From contig NC_010296.1 in assembly GCF_000010625.1 (NCBI RefSeq), positions 3,270,001-3,302,000 on the forward strand: a stretch of DNA of 32,000 nt. The letters are read 5' to 3'. This DNA comes from Microcystis aeruginosa NIES-843. Lineage in GTDB: Bacteria; Cyanobacteriota; Cyanobacteriia; Cyanobacteriales; Microcystaceae. The notes under the pieces were generated by a model that saw only the letters and a program-made list of their open reading frames with translations, was not told the origin of the DNA and searched no databases. Position numbers and translations under genes: made by a program. Shown in pieces: positions 7,199-16,650 of the stretch; positions within the stretch are counted from its first letter, which is position 1, and each line of letters begins with the position of its first letter.

Positions 7199-7225
7199 TT
7201 GACAAATTCGGGGGGGGGGTAGAAT
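7199..7225 (+). promoter_or_regulatory. promoter candidate with a G10 homopolymer in the spacer
   Basis: TTGACA (7199-7204), a 15-nt spacer AATTC+G10 (G run 7210-7219), then TAGAAT (7220-7225). It lies about 95 nt upstream of the ATG at 7322. Confidence 0.4.
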
Positions 7226-7321
7226 GAGGCTGCTTATTGCTGTTAAGCAATGATTTATGGGGTATAACGAGCAGTTTTTCCCCATTCTTAGCCATGAAAT
7301 TAACTTGTCAATCAATCAAAA

Positions 7322-7453
7322 ATGACTAATCAACTGCTAAAAGCCCTTTGCCTTCCTGGGGTGACTTGTGCCGTTTTCACTGCCATTCCCGCCCATGCCG
7401 CCATTTTTACCGCTACCTATACGGATACCCGCATTTCTCACAAACTGAATTAA
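7322..7453 (+). pseudogene. orphan signal-peptide ORF (43 codons), possible 5' remnant of a secreted/PEP-CTERM protein gene
   Basis: MTNQLLKALCLPGVTCAVFTAIPAHA|AIFTATYTDTRISHKLN* is a typical Sec signal followed by an early stop just before IS-derived sequence. It is absent from the ORF track because it is under 60 aa. Confidence 0.35.
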
Positions 7454-7741
7454 GAACCTAATTTGGAGGTTAAAAGTTGGTGTTTTTCAAAAATAAGAGA
7501 AACCCGCTTAGTTATCAAGGAATAATCTGACTAAACTAATCAAAAAATTCCTGAATTACTGGAAAAATTCCGTCAATTAGGGAAAATGTTCACGACAAAG
7601 TTAGCTGAATTTATAAGCAGCCATTTTTAAGACTATTTAATGATCTTTGAAAACTCTTCAACTTATCCAGTTCCCGCTATCGCTTGAATTCTAGAGTAAG
7701 CTATCGCTAAAATATCTTGATAGGGACAAGAACTGGCAATT

Positions 7742-9163
7742 GGCTCTTCGGGAATTGTTATGCAAATAATTAACTTAAAATAAAATTCGATGAGAGCGCC
7801 TACGCTCAAAAGTAGCTGAAATCCATACAGGGAAGGACTTAAGGCATCAACAGGTTAATACCAAAAGATAGACAATTGAGTTAAGATTTGATATAATAGC
7901 CAAAAACGAGATTATTTTACTTATGATACTTGACAAATTTTTGAACCTAAAAGGAACCTGTATTCAAGGCTATCTACACCTAGAAAATATCGGTATAGTT
8001 TGCCGAATCGAATCGAAAAATCAAAAAGCAACCTGTCCTCGTTGTGGGTTAGAGAGCGATAAACTCCACCAAAATCATCGACATTTAGTCAAAGATTTAC
8101 CAATCTCAGGTCAACCAGTATACCTACAAATTAATCGTCGTCAATTTAAGTGCGATAATTGTCAGAGACCCTTTAGCGAAGAGTTAGATTTTGTCGCCAA
8201 GAAACGAACCTATACGAAAAGACTAGCCGCAAATATACTCGAACAATTAAAAGAAGGAGATATTTTAAATGTTAGTCGAATAAATGACGTAACGGAAGAA
8301 GAGATTCAAAGAATGATAGAGGACATCGCCGAAGAAATTACAGAGCCAGACCTATCGGAATTAAAAAGACTAGGAATTGATGAAATCGCTCTAGTCAAAG
8401 GACAAAAAAATTACTGTGCGGTTTTAGTAAATTTAGATACGGGAAAACTAATAGCTATTCTAGAGAAGCGAACACAAGAAGAGTTGAGAGAAACGCTTAC
8501 GGGCTGGGGAAAAGAGGTGTTAGAGCAAATTGAAGAAGTGAGCATAGACCTTTGGTTGCCTTATAAAAATTTGGTGAAAGAATTGATGCCATCGGCCGAA
8601 GTAGTCGCCGATAGATTCCATGTAATGAAACAAATTAATCAAGAGTTAGACGAACAGAGAAGAGCAGAAAAAAGAGCCGTAGAAGCGCAGAAAAATAAAA
8701 AACAGAAAGCGGAAAAAGAAGCGAAGCTAGAAGTTTTAAAGCGAAGTAAATATAGCCTGTTAAAAAATGAAGAAGATTTAACGGAACCCCAAAAAATTAA
8801 ACTAGAAGCTATCAAAGAAAAATTCCCAAATTTGAAAAAGATGCAGGAATTAAAGGAAGAATTTAGAAAGATTTATGAAACCTCAGAGAATCCGACAGAG
8901 GGAATGCTATCCATCTCGGAATGGTTGGCAAAATCCTCCAGTGTTTTTACCAAGAGTTGTCAAACAATCCGAAACTGGTTTGGAGAAATAATTAGTTATT
9001 TCGAGCGAAGGACAACGAATGGGGTGGTCGAGGGAATCAACAATAAACTTAAACTAATAAAACGGAGAGGCTATGGCTTGAGAAACTTTCGGAATTTTTG
9101 GGTTAGAAGTATGTTATCTTGGCATCTTGTATGTTGATTTAGCATAAAGGGTAACGAAGAGCC
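7742..9163 (+). mobile_element. ISL3-family insertion sequence, complete
   Basis: Inverted repeats are GGCTCTTCGGGAATTGTTATGCAAAT (left) and GGCTCTTCGTTACCCTTTATGCTAAAT (right, reverse complement). A perfect 8-bp target duplication TGGCAATT flanks it (7734-7741 and 9164-9171). Confidence 0.9.
7923..9137 (+). CDS. ISL3-family transposase
   Basis: 404 aa. An N-terminal zinc-ribbon (CPRCG...CDNC) is followed by the DDE region (GIDEIAL.., ADRFHV, GVVEGINNKLK) typical of ISL3. Confidence 0.85.
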   Translation: MILDKFLNLKGTCIQGYLHLENIGIVCRIESKNQKATCPRCGLESDKLHQNHRHLVKDLPISGQPVYLQINRRQFKCDNCQRPFSEELDFVAKKRTYTKRLAANILEQLKEGDILNVSRINDVTEEEIQRMIEDIAEEITEPDLSELKRLGIDEIALVKGQKNYCAVLVNLDTGKLIAILEKRTQEELRETLTGWGKEVLEQIEEVSIDLWLPYKNLVKELMPSAEVVADRFHVMKQINQELDEQRRAEKRAVEAQKNKKQKAEKEAKLEVLKRSKYSLLKNEEDLTEPQKIKLEAIKEKFPNLKKMQELKEEFRKIYETSENPTEGMLSISEWLAKSSSVFTKSCQTIRNWFGEIISYFERRTTNGVVEGINNKLKLIKRRGYGLRNFRNFWVRSMLSWHLVC

Positions 9164-9334
9164 TGGCAATTGCGATTAAAATTCTTCTGACACTAACAGT
9201 AATTCTAGCTCCTAATTTAAGGAAATTAAGGCGAATTGTTCCCACTGTCGCTTTGGCAAAAGAAGTTTTAGCCAAACAATTTTGACGAAAAGCTTGCATT
9301 AAAACATAAGCCATTGATGACAACCAAAGTCTTA

Positions 9335-10284
9335 TAGTTATTTCAAATAAGAACGAGACACTAGGCGACACAATAAGTACGAATAATTTCATCAAGGGGT
9401 GTCCCCACAGGAGCATACATTCTTGCCCTCTTTAATGCACTAAAATCATGTTCGATATCATTTAAATCAGGAGAGTATTTTGGCAAAAACACGACCTGAT
9501 GACCTGCTTCCTCTACCAGTTGTTTAATGACTGTCTTCCGATGAATTGGTGCATTATCCATAATTAATACTGATGTTATGGTTAGAGAGGGCAACAAATA
9601 TAAAGATAACCACCCTTCAAAACCTTCGGCATTCAGGCTTCTCGTAAATACCATCGGTGCAATAAAGTCTTTTTTTCCCTTTCTTCTACCAGCGACAAGG
9701 TTCTCTCTTTTTCCTCGTTTTCCTTGTCTATCTCCAAAGACTTTCTTCCCTTTTTTTGACCAAGCATAAAAACAGGCTTGAAATTCTTCAAACCCTGACT
9801 CATCAATAAATACAAGGCTTTCACTTCCATATATTTTAATCAATTCTCTCAGCACTCTGTAGTATTTCATTCTTTCTTCTCGGTTTCTTTCTCTATAACG
9901 AAGTTCCTTCTTTTTTCTGGTAACTTTCATGTTTTTTAAGGCATAGCAAATGGCACTTGGTCTCACTCCAAATTTCTCGGCTCTGTCTCTTAATCTTGCC
10001 TCGGGATTTTCTTGGACATCTTTTGACAGTGCTTTCCAGTCCAGCTTTCTCTGACGGTGTTTTACCTTTGTTGCTTCCAGTTTTTCCCTACCTAGCCATC
10101 TATATATCGTCGCTCTTCCTATATTAAATAGAGCGGCGGCTTTGGTTATGCTTCCCCCATTCTCTACATAATCGATTACTTTTTTTCTCAAGTCTAGGCT
10201 ATAAGACATTTTTCTGTATGGGTTGCTCGTTTCTCTTGATTTTACCTTATTTTTCCCTCGTCTCACACTTATTTGAAATGACTA
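9335..10284 (-). mobile_element. IS630-family insertion sequence, complete, inserted in the IS1380 transposase gene
   Basis: The 17-bp inverted repeats TAGTTATTTCAAATAAG / TAGTCATTTCAAATAAG differ by one mismatch. A TA duplication is present at 9333-9334 and 10285-10286. Excision restores ..FESNQL|RLWLSS.. Confidence 0.9.
9361..10266 (-). CDS. IS630-family (Tc1/mariner-like) transposase
   Basis: HTH region (GGSITKAAALFNIGRATIYRWL) and DDE triad context (FIDESGF, LIMDNAPIH, PDLNDIEHDF). The true start may be the internal Met at 10209 (MSYSLDL..). Confidence 0.85.
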   Translation of the reverse strand: MRRGKNKVKSRETSNPYRKMSYSLDLRKKVIDYVENGGSITKAAALFNIGRATIYRWLGREKLEATKVKHRQRKLDWKALSKDVQENPEARLRDRAEKFGVRPSAICYALKNMKVTRKKKELRYRERNREERMKYYRVLRELIKIYGSESLVFIDESGFEEFQACFYAWSKKGKKVFGDRQGKRGKRENLVAGRRKGKKDFIAPMVFTRSLNAEGFEGWLSLYLLPSLTITSVLIMDNAPIHRKTVIKQLVEEAGHQVVFLPKYSPDLNDIEHDFSALKRARMYAPVGTPLDEIIRTYCVA

Positions 10285-11765
10285 TAATTGATTACTCTCA
10301 AATGTCTGTGTCGAATTCCGGTCAGCAAATAAGTCTAATTGTTGCTCTTTAATTCGATTTGACCTCTCACCTCTGGGGCAATATTTTTCAGTGTAAAGTT
10401 TAGATGGGGGAATCTTTGATGCAGGTAAAGAAGTCACAACGTGGCGAATTTTTACGCCCTCACTACCAGGACAAACTTTTGTCACCACTCTTCTTGAACG
10501 GCTCCAGGATTTTTGGGTTTGATAACATAGGGAACGATACCAAGTCGATTCTGGTACCAATTTCGCCAATTCTCCTAACTCTTCATCGGGAGAAAATAAC
10601 GTCTCCATTAATTCAGTAACTGGCTGAAGTCTTTGCTCGTAATCTGCCTTAGCTTTCTCAATTACATCGGTCGCTCGTAATTTTAATTGACTATTCGTTG
10701 CCATTGCTAAAACATAATCAACTCCTGCTTGACTTTCGCAAAATTTCATGATATCTTCACGGGAATAGGCACTATCTCCTCGTACTAATATCTGCGTATC
10801 TGACCATTTTTCTCGAATTATACCGATTATTCGCTGCAATTCTTCTAATGCTCCCCCAGCAGTATCTACATGAGAAGACCGGAGTTTAGCTACTAATAAA
10901 TGATGCTCACAGAAAATATACAAAGGAGCATAACACACTCCTTTATAATAAGTATTGAAAAACGCTCCCTCTTGATTTCCATGCACTTGGTCATCGGTGA
11001 CATCCATGTCTAAAATAATTGGTTTCGGTGGCTTTTTGTAGGATTCTAGAAAGATGTCCACAAAAGCTTTTTCAATTTCTTTGGGGTTAGGCTCGATTTT
11101 ATGGTAACGACTGTTCTCTTGATTGATGACTGTTTCCGGACAATATTCTAGTCGATTAATTGTACTTTTTCCCGCTAAATTTGCTTGGGCTGAGTCAATA
11201 AAATTTAGTTTTTTCAATGCTATTGCTAAAGCTGGAGCATGACGTAATTTATCATGATCATTGACATCCTCATATCCCAAAACTATCCCATAAACTCTTT
11301 GTGCGAGTAGTTCATGAACTGAATAATCTAGATAGGATGAATTTCGATAATCTCGAAAACATTCGGCAAACCGAGCCGTTATTTTTAGCTTTTGGTCTAA
11401 CTCTGCCATCAAAATAATTCCTGCATCTGAGGTGATTTTTCCTCCCTCAAAATTAGCGATTACTTGTCTTCCATTGAGGTTTCCAAAATTTAATTGATTG
11501 AGTCGAGACTGGTCTGAACTAGGAGTCATAAACTTGACATACTTTAAATAGTTTTAATGATTAAATTATAGCAAGCTTTTGACTTCATTCTCTACTTAAA
11601 ATTGAGACTTTATCAACTAATTAACCTAAAAATACGCATTTTAAATTTGTTCTTTTTTCAAGGTCTAATTGATGATGAGCTTAAGTTGAATCCTAACAAC
11701 ACACTGTCGTTTTTGCTACAAGGCGATCACCCAGTCAAAACCCAGATTTTGTAAGGCTTCGGGGG

Positions 11766-12317
11766 TTGGTGATCGTACTTTTTGTGAGAAATGCGGGGGA
11801 TACTGTTTTCTCTGCTGATGTCGATAACGTTATTGTCGGTGATACTGCGGTTATCACCTATCAGCTTGACAATGGGGGAACTTCCCTGTTCAACCAAACA
11901 TGGAACGCCAGTGACATTGTGACTGTCACCTTCAACTTTGGTAATGGGGCCCACGTTACCACCTTTAATCCTAATGGGGGTGATGGGTTGAGTGTTAGCA
12001 CAGGAAGCTTTGTCACCAATGCCTCAGGACAGTTAACGGCTGTTCCTTCTGAGTGGTATGATTATACTAATGTCAATGTCGTCTCAACCAATTCTACACA
12101 AACACCTATAGGATGGTACGTGAATGGGGGCAATGGCGTTTACTATACTGACCCAAATTATTATTACAAGGTCCAATTGACCAATGTATCAGGTAATATC
12201 GTTGCTGCTAACTGGACCATTCAACCTGCCCAGACACAGACAACCCCCGAACCAGGCACCCTTTTAGGTTTATTAGCGGTGGGTTCTCTGGGTTTATTGG
12301 CTCGCAAACGGCAATAA
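11766..12317 (+). CDS. PEP-CTERM sorting-domain protein (5' end probably truncated)
   Basis: The C-terminus is TPEPGTLLGLLAVGSLGLLARKRQ, which gives a PEP motif, a TM helix and a basic tail. The frame is open upstream to 11697 with no convincing start or signal peptide, and the ORF-track start is a TTG. Confidence 0.7.
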   Translation: MVIVLFVRNAGDTVFSADVDNVIVGDTAVITYQLDNGGTSLFNQTWNASDIVTVTFNFGNGAHVTTFNPNGGDGLSVSTGSFVTNASGQLTAVPSEWYDYTNVNVVSTNSTQTPIGWYVNGGNGVYYTDPNYYYKVQLTNVSGNIVAANWTIQPAQTQTTPEPGTLLGLLAVGSLGLLARKRQ

Positions 12318-12334
12318 ATGACCAATTCTATGGT

Positions 12335-12362
12335 AAGGAAGGTTTAAACGCCTTCCTTTTTG
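12335..12362 (+). terminator. rho-independent terminator
   Basis: Perfect 8-bp stem AAGGAAGG/CCTTCCTT with an 8-nt loop, running into a T5 tract. Confidence 0.75.
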
Positions 12363-12568
12363 GTTAGGGACAAAGGCACTCTCGCCTATTGAATTTTGGC
12401 ACATACATAATGGATAAGTAGCTAGACATAATTAATTACACATATCTAATACTAAGTAGGTAGGTATTAAAAACTGTCAGATTCCCCCGCCTATCGGCAC
12501 CCCCCTTATTAAGGGGGGCAGGGGGGATCGAACCTAAAATCCATTTTTAATTTAATTATAACCAGCTA

Positions 12569-13652
12569 AGTAGTCATGCAAAATTAATTACCCAAATAAA
12601 AAATTAAGAAGTATAATACATAAAAAAACGAAGCAGCAGGAAAATACAATGAGATTGATTAGAGACCTAAACCCCGAGAGCCAGAAAATGCTAGAGAGAA
12701 TTTATCGAGCTAGTAAACATCATCAAGTAAGAGAGCGAGCGAAATGTATACTCTTAAGTTTTCAGGGAACCACGATAGAAGAATTGAGCGGAATATTTGG
12801 AGTTACGAGAAAGACCATCTATAATTGGTTGACGGCCTGGGAAGATAGAAAACTAATTGGTTTTTATAATCGTCGAGGAAGAGGGAGAAAACCTAAATTG
12901 ACAGAAGCCCAAGGTCAACAAGTTATTGACTGGGTAAAAGAAGAACCGAAAAGCTTAAAAAAAATCCAGATAAAAATTGTAGAAGAAGGGAAATTAACCG
13001 TAAGCAAAGACACGATAAAAAGACTCATAAAAAAAATCAACATGAGGTGGAAAAGGGTGAGAAGAGGGGTCGCCAAAACCCCTGATGAGTGGGAGCTTGA
13101 GGTCAAACTACCTATTTTAGAAGAACTAAAAAAACAGGAAAAAAGAGGAGAGATTGAGATAGGATATTTGGATGAAATGGGAGGGGATTCAAAGCCTTGT
13201 ATTCCTGACGCTTGGCAAGAAGAAAAAACCACGATAAAGTTACCACCAATTGAAGGTAAAAGACTAAATATTTTAGGAATAATGAAACGAGATAATCAAT
13301 TATTTTATGAGACACAGGTCGGAACGGTTACTAGCGAGATAGTTATTAATTTTCTGGATAAATATTGCCAAAATATACAGAAAAAAACTGTCATAATAAT
13401 TGACCAAGCTTCCATTCATACCAGCGAGGCATTTATGGAGAAACTTGAGGAATGGGAAAAGAAAAACTTGAAAATATTTTGGTTGCCCACTTATTCACCT
13501 CATTTAAATTTAATTGAAATATTATGGAGATTTTTAAAATATGAATGGATTGAATTTAGCGCCTATAAAGACCGAAAGAGCCTCCTCGCTTACGTTAAAA
13601 AAGTGCTGGACAATTTTGGAGGCGAGTATGTAATTAATTTTGCCTAGGTACT
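12569..13652 (+). mobile_element. IS630-family insertion sequence, complete
   Basis: Inverted repeats are AGTAGTCATGCAAAATTAATTAC (left) and AGTACCTAGGCAAAATTAATTAC (right, reverse complement). TA lies on both sides (12567-12568 and 13653-13654). Confidence 0.85.
12649..13647 (+). CDS. IS630-family transposase
   Basis: 332 aa. HTH region (TRKTIYNWL) and DDE context (YLDEMG, IIIDQASIH, PHLNLIEILW). Confidence 0.85.
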   Translation: MRLIRDLNPESQKMLERIYRASKHHQVRERAKCILLSFQGTTIEELSGIFGVTRKTIYNWLTAWEDRKLIGFYNRRGRGRKPKLTEAQGQQVIDWVKEEPKSLKKIQIKIVEEGKLTVSKDTIKRLIKKINMRWKRVRRGVAKTPDEWELEVKLPILEELKKQEKRGEIEIGYLDEMGGDSKPCIPDAWQEEKTTIKLPPIEGKRLNILGIMKRDNQLFYETQVGTVTSEIVINFLDKYCQNIQKKTVIIIDQASIHTSEAFMEKLEEWEKKNLKIFWLPTYSPHLNLIEILWRFLKYEWIEFSAYKDRKSLLAYVKKVLDNFGGEYVINFA

Positions 13653-13754
13653 TACTTAAATCCCTTGAGTATAGGCTACTTATCAGGATAGGCAAGAGGC
13701 AAGAGGCAAAAGGAGGAATAGATAATCAGTCTTTAATAACTGGATTTAGTATAA

Positions 13755-14855
13755 CTAGGGTTTATAACTGGGAAAATCGATATAACCTTCCTTGTCAAAA
13801 GAATACCAATCTTTCATCTCAGCATCGGGATTAAGGGGCCAATTATTGGCGAATCTTTCCACCAAATCGGGATTACTGATATAGGGGCGACCGAAAGCAA
13901 TTAAATCCGCATCTCCTAACTGAATAGCGGCTTCAGCAGTTTCTTTGGTATAACCACAATTGCCGATTAAAGCACGATTAAAAACAGCACGAAACTCGGA
14001 TAAAAGCATCGGTTGACCCTTTTCATGAAACCCAAAAGCCAAGCCATCTAGCAGATGCAAATAAGCTAAATTGTACTCATTTAATCTTTGGGCAACATAG
14101 AGAAAAGTTTCTCGAAAATCCTCGGAACCCATGTCATTATAAACGCCATTGGGAGACAGACGCACCCCCACCCGATGACTGGGAAAAACAGTTAAAATTG
14201 CCTCGACCACTTCCTGCAAAAAACGATAGCGATTTTCCAAACTGCCACCGTACTTATCCTGACGCTGATTAGTGGCCGATTGTAGAAAAGTATCGATTAA
14301 ATAACCATTAGCCCCGTGAATTTCTATGCCATCAAACCCCGCTAATTTTGCCCTCTGAGCGGCTTGGCGGTAATCGGCGACAATTGTGGGGATTTCCTCG
14401 GTTTCTAAGGCTCTAGGGGTCTCGTAGGGCTGTTTGCCGATGGGTGTATGCAACTCCCCCTTAATCTTAATTGCGGAAGGGGCAACGGGTAAAGCCCCAT
14501 TTTCCTGAAAACTAGGGTGAGAAGCGCGACCACAGTGCCACAATTGACAAAAAAGTGGTGTTCCTTTTCTTTGGGCGATTTTTGTCACCATTTGCCATGC
14601 TTGCGCTTGTTCATCGGTGTAGATACCGGGGGTATTTTGCCAACCGTTAGCTTGGGGAGAAATTACCGTCGCTTCCGTAATCATTAATCCCGCGCTGGCC
14701 CTTTGCCGGTAATACTCGGCCATTATCTCATTAGCAAGACGTTTTTCTCCAGCTCGCGCTCGCGTCATGGGAGCAAGCACAAGACGATTTTCTAAGTTTA
14801 AATCTCCCAATTTAAATTGACTTAAAAGAGCTAGGGAAGTAGTGAAGGAAGTCAT
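13755..14855 (-). CDS. Old Yellow Enzyme family NADH:flavin oxidoreductase (alkene / N-ethylmaleimide reductase-like)
   Basis: 366 aa. Motifs are LAPMTRARA, GLMITEAT, QLWHCGR, GFDGIEIHGANGYLIDTFL and GVRLSPNG, plus the C-terminal AFGRPYISNPDL. Confidence 0.85.
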   Translation of the reverse strand: MTSFTTSLALLSQFKLGDLNLENRLVLAPMTRARAGEKRLANEIMAEYYRQRASAGLMITEATVISPQANGWQNTPGIYTDEQAQAWQMVTKIAQRKGTPLFCQLWHCGRASHPSFQENGALPVAPSAIKIKGELHTPIGKQPYETPRALETEEIPTIVADYRQAAQRAKLAGFDGIEIHGANGYLIDTFLQSATNQRQDKYGGSLENRYRFLQEVVEAILTVFPSHRVGVRLSPNGVYNDMGSEDFRETFLYVAQRLNEYNLAYLHLLDGLAFGFHEKGQPMLLSEFRAVFNRALIGNCGYTKETAEAAIQLGDADLIAFGRPYISNPDLVERFANNWPLNPDAEMKDWYSFDKEGYIDFPSYKP

Positions 14856-15281
14856 CGAATTTGCCGATAGAGAATTTAGGTTAATTTTACCGCAATTAGT
14901 TAAAACCAGACAATCGCACCCAAGTATGATTGACTGGCCATCTGCGAGATTGTTCCTCTCCTAAGTGAGGAGAATTAATCGGATCAACTAGCTGAGTATA
15001 ATTGATCTTGGTCATAAATATGACTATAATTACCAGTTATTTAATTTATTCATCTTCCAAAATTAAAGAGACATAAACTATATTTTATGGTAGTTGAGTC
15101 ATGATGGGTCGGGATAAAATAGTGTAATTACGCTTATGTTTACCTGACCAGAAATAGTCATTGTCCAGATGTCTAGTAACTGGTGTTTTACCGATCAAAT
15201 AGACTTCCTAGTGACTGAAACAAAACCCTTACTATTCGGTGCTTGCGAATTTTAAGAGAGTTTTTCAGAATCAGCATTTTT

Positions 15282-16650
15282 TAGTGGGACTTAAACGCCA
15301 AATAAAGATCAAATCGAGTATAATCGTTAAAGAGTAAGCACTTTACGTTGAAAGATCAGCGATGAAAGAGACAACCCCAGCCGCGATGCCCCCATGCTTT
15401 GACCGATGGTGTCGGCGGTTTGACAATTGCTTCAAAAACGAAGCGCAAAAAAACGGCTTCAGACAATATTTAGGAGGATTATTAGGGGAAAGTGAGAGGA
15501 AAAACCTCACTCAAATGGCCAATAATGCCGTCGGAGTAGTTTATAACCGATTACATCACTTTTTGACCGAATCTCCCTGGTCAGACCGTCAGGTGAATGA
15601 ATGTCGGTTGCAAGTGATGAACCAATGCCGCCAGACGCAAATCCCCCGAGGATTTTCCCTGATTGTCGATGACTCAGGACATCGAAAAAGTGGCAATCTG
15701 ACCGCCGGAGTTGGCAGGCAGTACCTAGGAGAAATTGGCAAGACAGACAACGGAATAGTCGCCGTCACTACCCATCTCTACGACGGCAAAAAAAGTGTCC
15801 CCCTAGACATTGAAATTTATCAACCGGCTAGTTCCTTAGCCGAGGGGAAAGAAGACAAAGAATTTAAGAAGAAACCAGAGATAGCGATAGATTTAATTGA
15901 CCGGAGCTTAACCAGAGGCTATCGACCGAAAATCGTCTTAATAGATGCTGGTTATGGCAACAACACAAATTTTCTCAAAGCCCTGGAAGAAAGAAAGCTA
16001 AAATACTTAGGAGGATTGGCAAAAAATCGAAAAGTAATTATTGAAAAAGAAGGGGGTGTGGAAGAAACAATCCAGCTTGAGCAACTAGCAAAAAGCCTAT
16101 CAGAAAAGGATTGGGAGAAAATCACCCTAAATCTAGATAAAGAAAAAACGGTTTGGGTAGCGGTATTCAGAGCGAAAATATCTCAACTAGAAGGAGAAAG
16201 GAACTTGGCGATCGTCATGAATGCAAGTTCAATGGAAAAAGCCACAGAGGTGGACTATTTCATCACCAATGTAGTTGAGGCAGATACAGTAACAGCTTCG
16301 TGGATAGTGAGGACTTACACCGAAAGAAATTGGGTGGAAGTATTCTACCGAGAAGCCAAAGGATGGTTAGGGTTAAGGGAATATCAAGTCAGGGATAAAC
16401 GAAGCTTACTTCGTCATTTTATCCTGGTGTTTTGTGCCTATACATTTATCCTGTGGCATAAGTTAACTGGGGGATTGCAAAGGCAGTGGGCGAATCGACC
16501 TTTAAACACTTTTGTGGAAGCCTTGGAAGCTTTTCGGACAGCGATGTCTTTCCGTTTCTTTGAGTGGCTGACCGAGAATCGGGATGTGTTTGCCGCTTAC
16601 AAAGCCAGTTTAGGCTTTGTTTGGGCTTGAAATTTGTTTAAGTCCCATTA
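15282..16650 (+). mobile_element. IS701-family insertion sequence
   Basis: The 15-bp inverted repeats TAGTGGGACTTAAAC (15282-15296) and TAATGGGACTTAAAC (reverse complement of 16636-16650) bracket the transposase gene. No target duplication was recognised. Confidence 0.75.
15362..16630 (+). CDS. IS701-family DDE transposase
   Basis: 422 aa. The N-terminal region (QYLGGLLGESERKNLTQMA...HHFLTESPW) and the blocks LIVDDSGHRKSG, VLIDAGYG and ERNWVEVFYREAKGWLGL are typical of IS701/IS4-superfamily transposases. Confidence 0.8.
   Translation: MKETTPAAMPPCFDRWCRRFDNCFKNEAQKNGFRQYLGGLLGESERKNLTQMANNAVGVVYNRLHHFLTESPWSDRQVNECRLQVMNQCRQTQIPRGFSLIVDDSGHRKSGNLTAGVGRQYLGEIGKTDNGIVAVTTHLYDGKKSVPLDIEIYQPASSLAEGKEDKEFKKKPEIAIDLIDRSLTRGYRPKIVLIDAGYGNNTNFLKALEERKLKYLGGLAKNRKVIIEKEGGVEETIQLEQLAKSLSEKDWEKITLNLDKEKTVWVAVFRAKISQLEGERNLAIVMNASSMEKATEVDYFITNVVEADTVTASWIVRTYTERNWVEVFYREAKGWLGLREYQVRDKRSLLRHFILVFCAYTFILWHKLTGGLQRQWANRPLNTFVEALEAFRTAMSFRFFEWLTENRDVFAAYKASLGFVWA

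Larger units (their letters stand above)
7663..11529 (-). pseudogene. IS1380-family transposase gene, split into three pieces by nested ISL3 and IS630 insertions
   Basis: The pieces are 11529-10285 (415 aa, ..GKITSDAGIILMAELDQKL..), 9334-9164 (RLWLSSMAYVLMQAFRQ...RRILIAIA) and 7741-7663 (SSCPYQDILAIAYSRIQAIAGTG*). Removing each insert plus one copy of its target duplication gives one continuous frame. The outer ends of the IS1380 element could not be defined. Confidence 0.8.

Noticed and set aside
7098-7295. 65-aa minus-strand ORF
   Set aside because: It spans the promoter-like region and translates the C10 run as PPP. It has no ribosome-binding site or recognisable domain.
7455-7660. Terminal inverted repeats of the IS1380 element (shared TCAATTAG at ~7577 and, on the complement, ~11670)
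   Set aside because: Only an 8-10 bp match exists, with no consistent flanking target duplication. The boundaries are left undefined.
9114-9416. 100-aa minus-strand ORF as a separate gene
   Set aside because: It is a chimera of IS630 terminal sequence, the middle piece of the IS1380 transposase and ISL3 terminal sequence.
9578-10619. ORFs 9578-9769, 9633-9830 and 10404-10619
   Set aside because: They are antisense or off-frame within the IS630 and IS1380 transposase genes.
11727-11954. 75-aa minus-strand ORF
   Set aside because: It is antisense to the PEP-CTERM gene and has no supporting features.
13676-13700. Shared 15-mer GGCAAGAGGCAAAAG at 13686-13700 and, reverse-complemented, near 24207-24221
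   Set aside because: It is a short purine-rich low-complexity match with no extended homology on either side. It is insufficient to call a repeat family.
12915-13834. ORFs 12915-13232 and 13112-13315 (minus) and 13640-13834 (plus)
   Set aside because: The first two are antisense to the IS630 transposase. The third runs from the IS630 right repeat into the 3' end of the OYE gene on the wrong strand.
15020-15060. Possible excision footprint or tiny MITE of the IS630 element 9335-10284 (..ATGACTATAATTACCAGTTATTTAA..)
   Set aside because: It resembles the two termini (..GAAATGACTA / TAGTTATTTCAAA..) only over 7-9 bases each in an AT-rich region. That is compatible with chance.
12569-16650. OYE reductase gene as cargo of a composite transposon (IS630 on one side, IS701 on the other)
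   Set aside because: The flanking elements belong to different families with unrelated inverted repeats and each has its own termini. No shared outer repeats or common target duplication are present.
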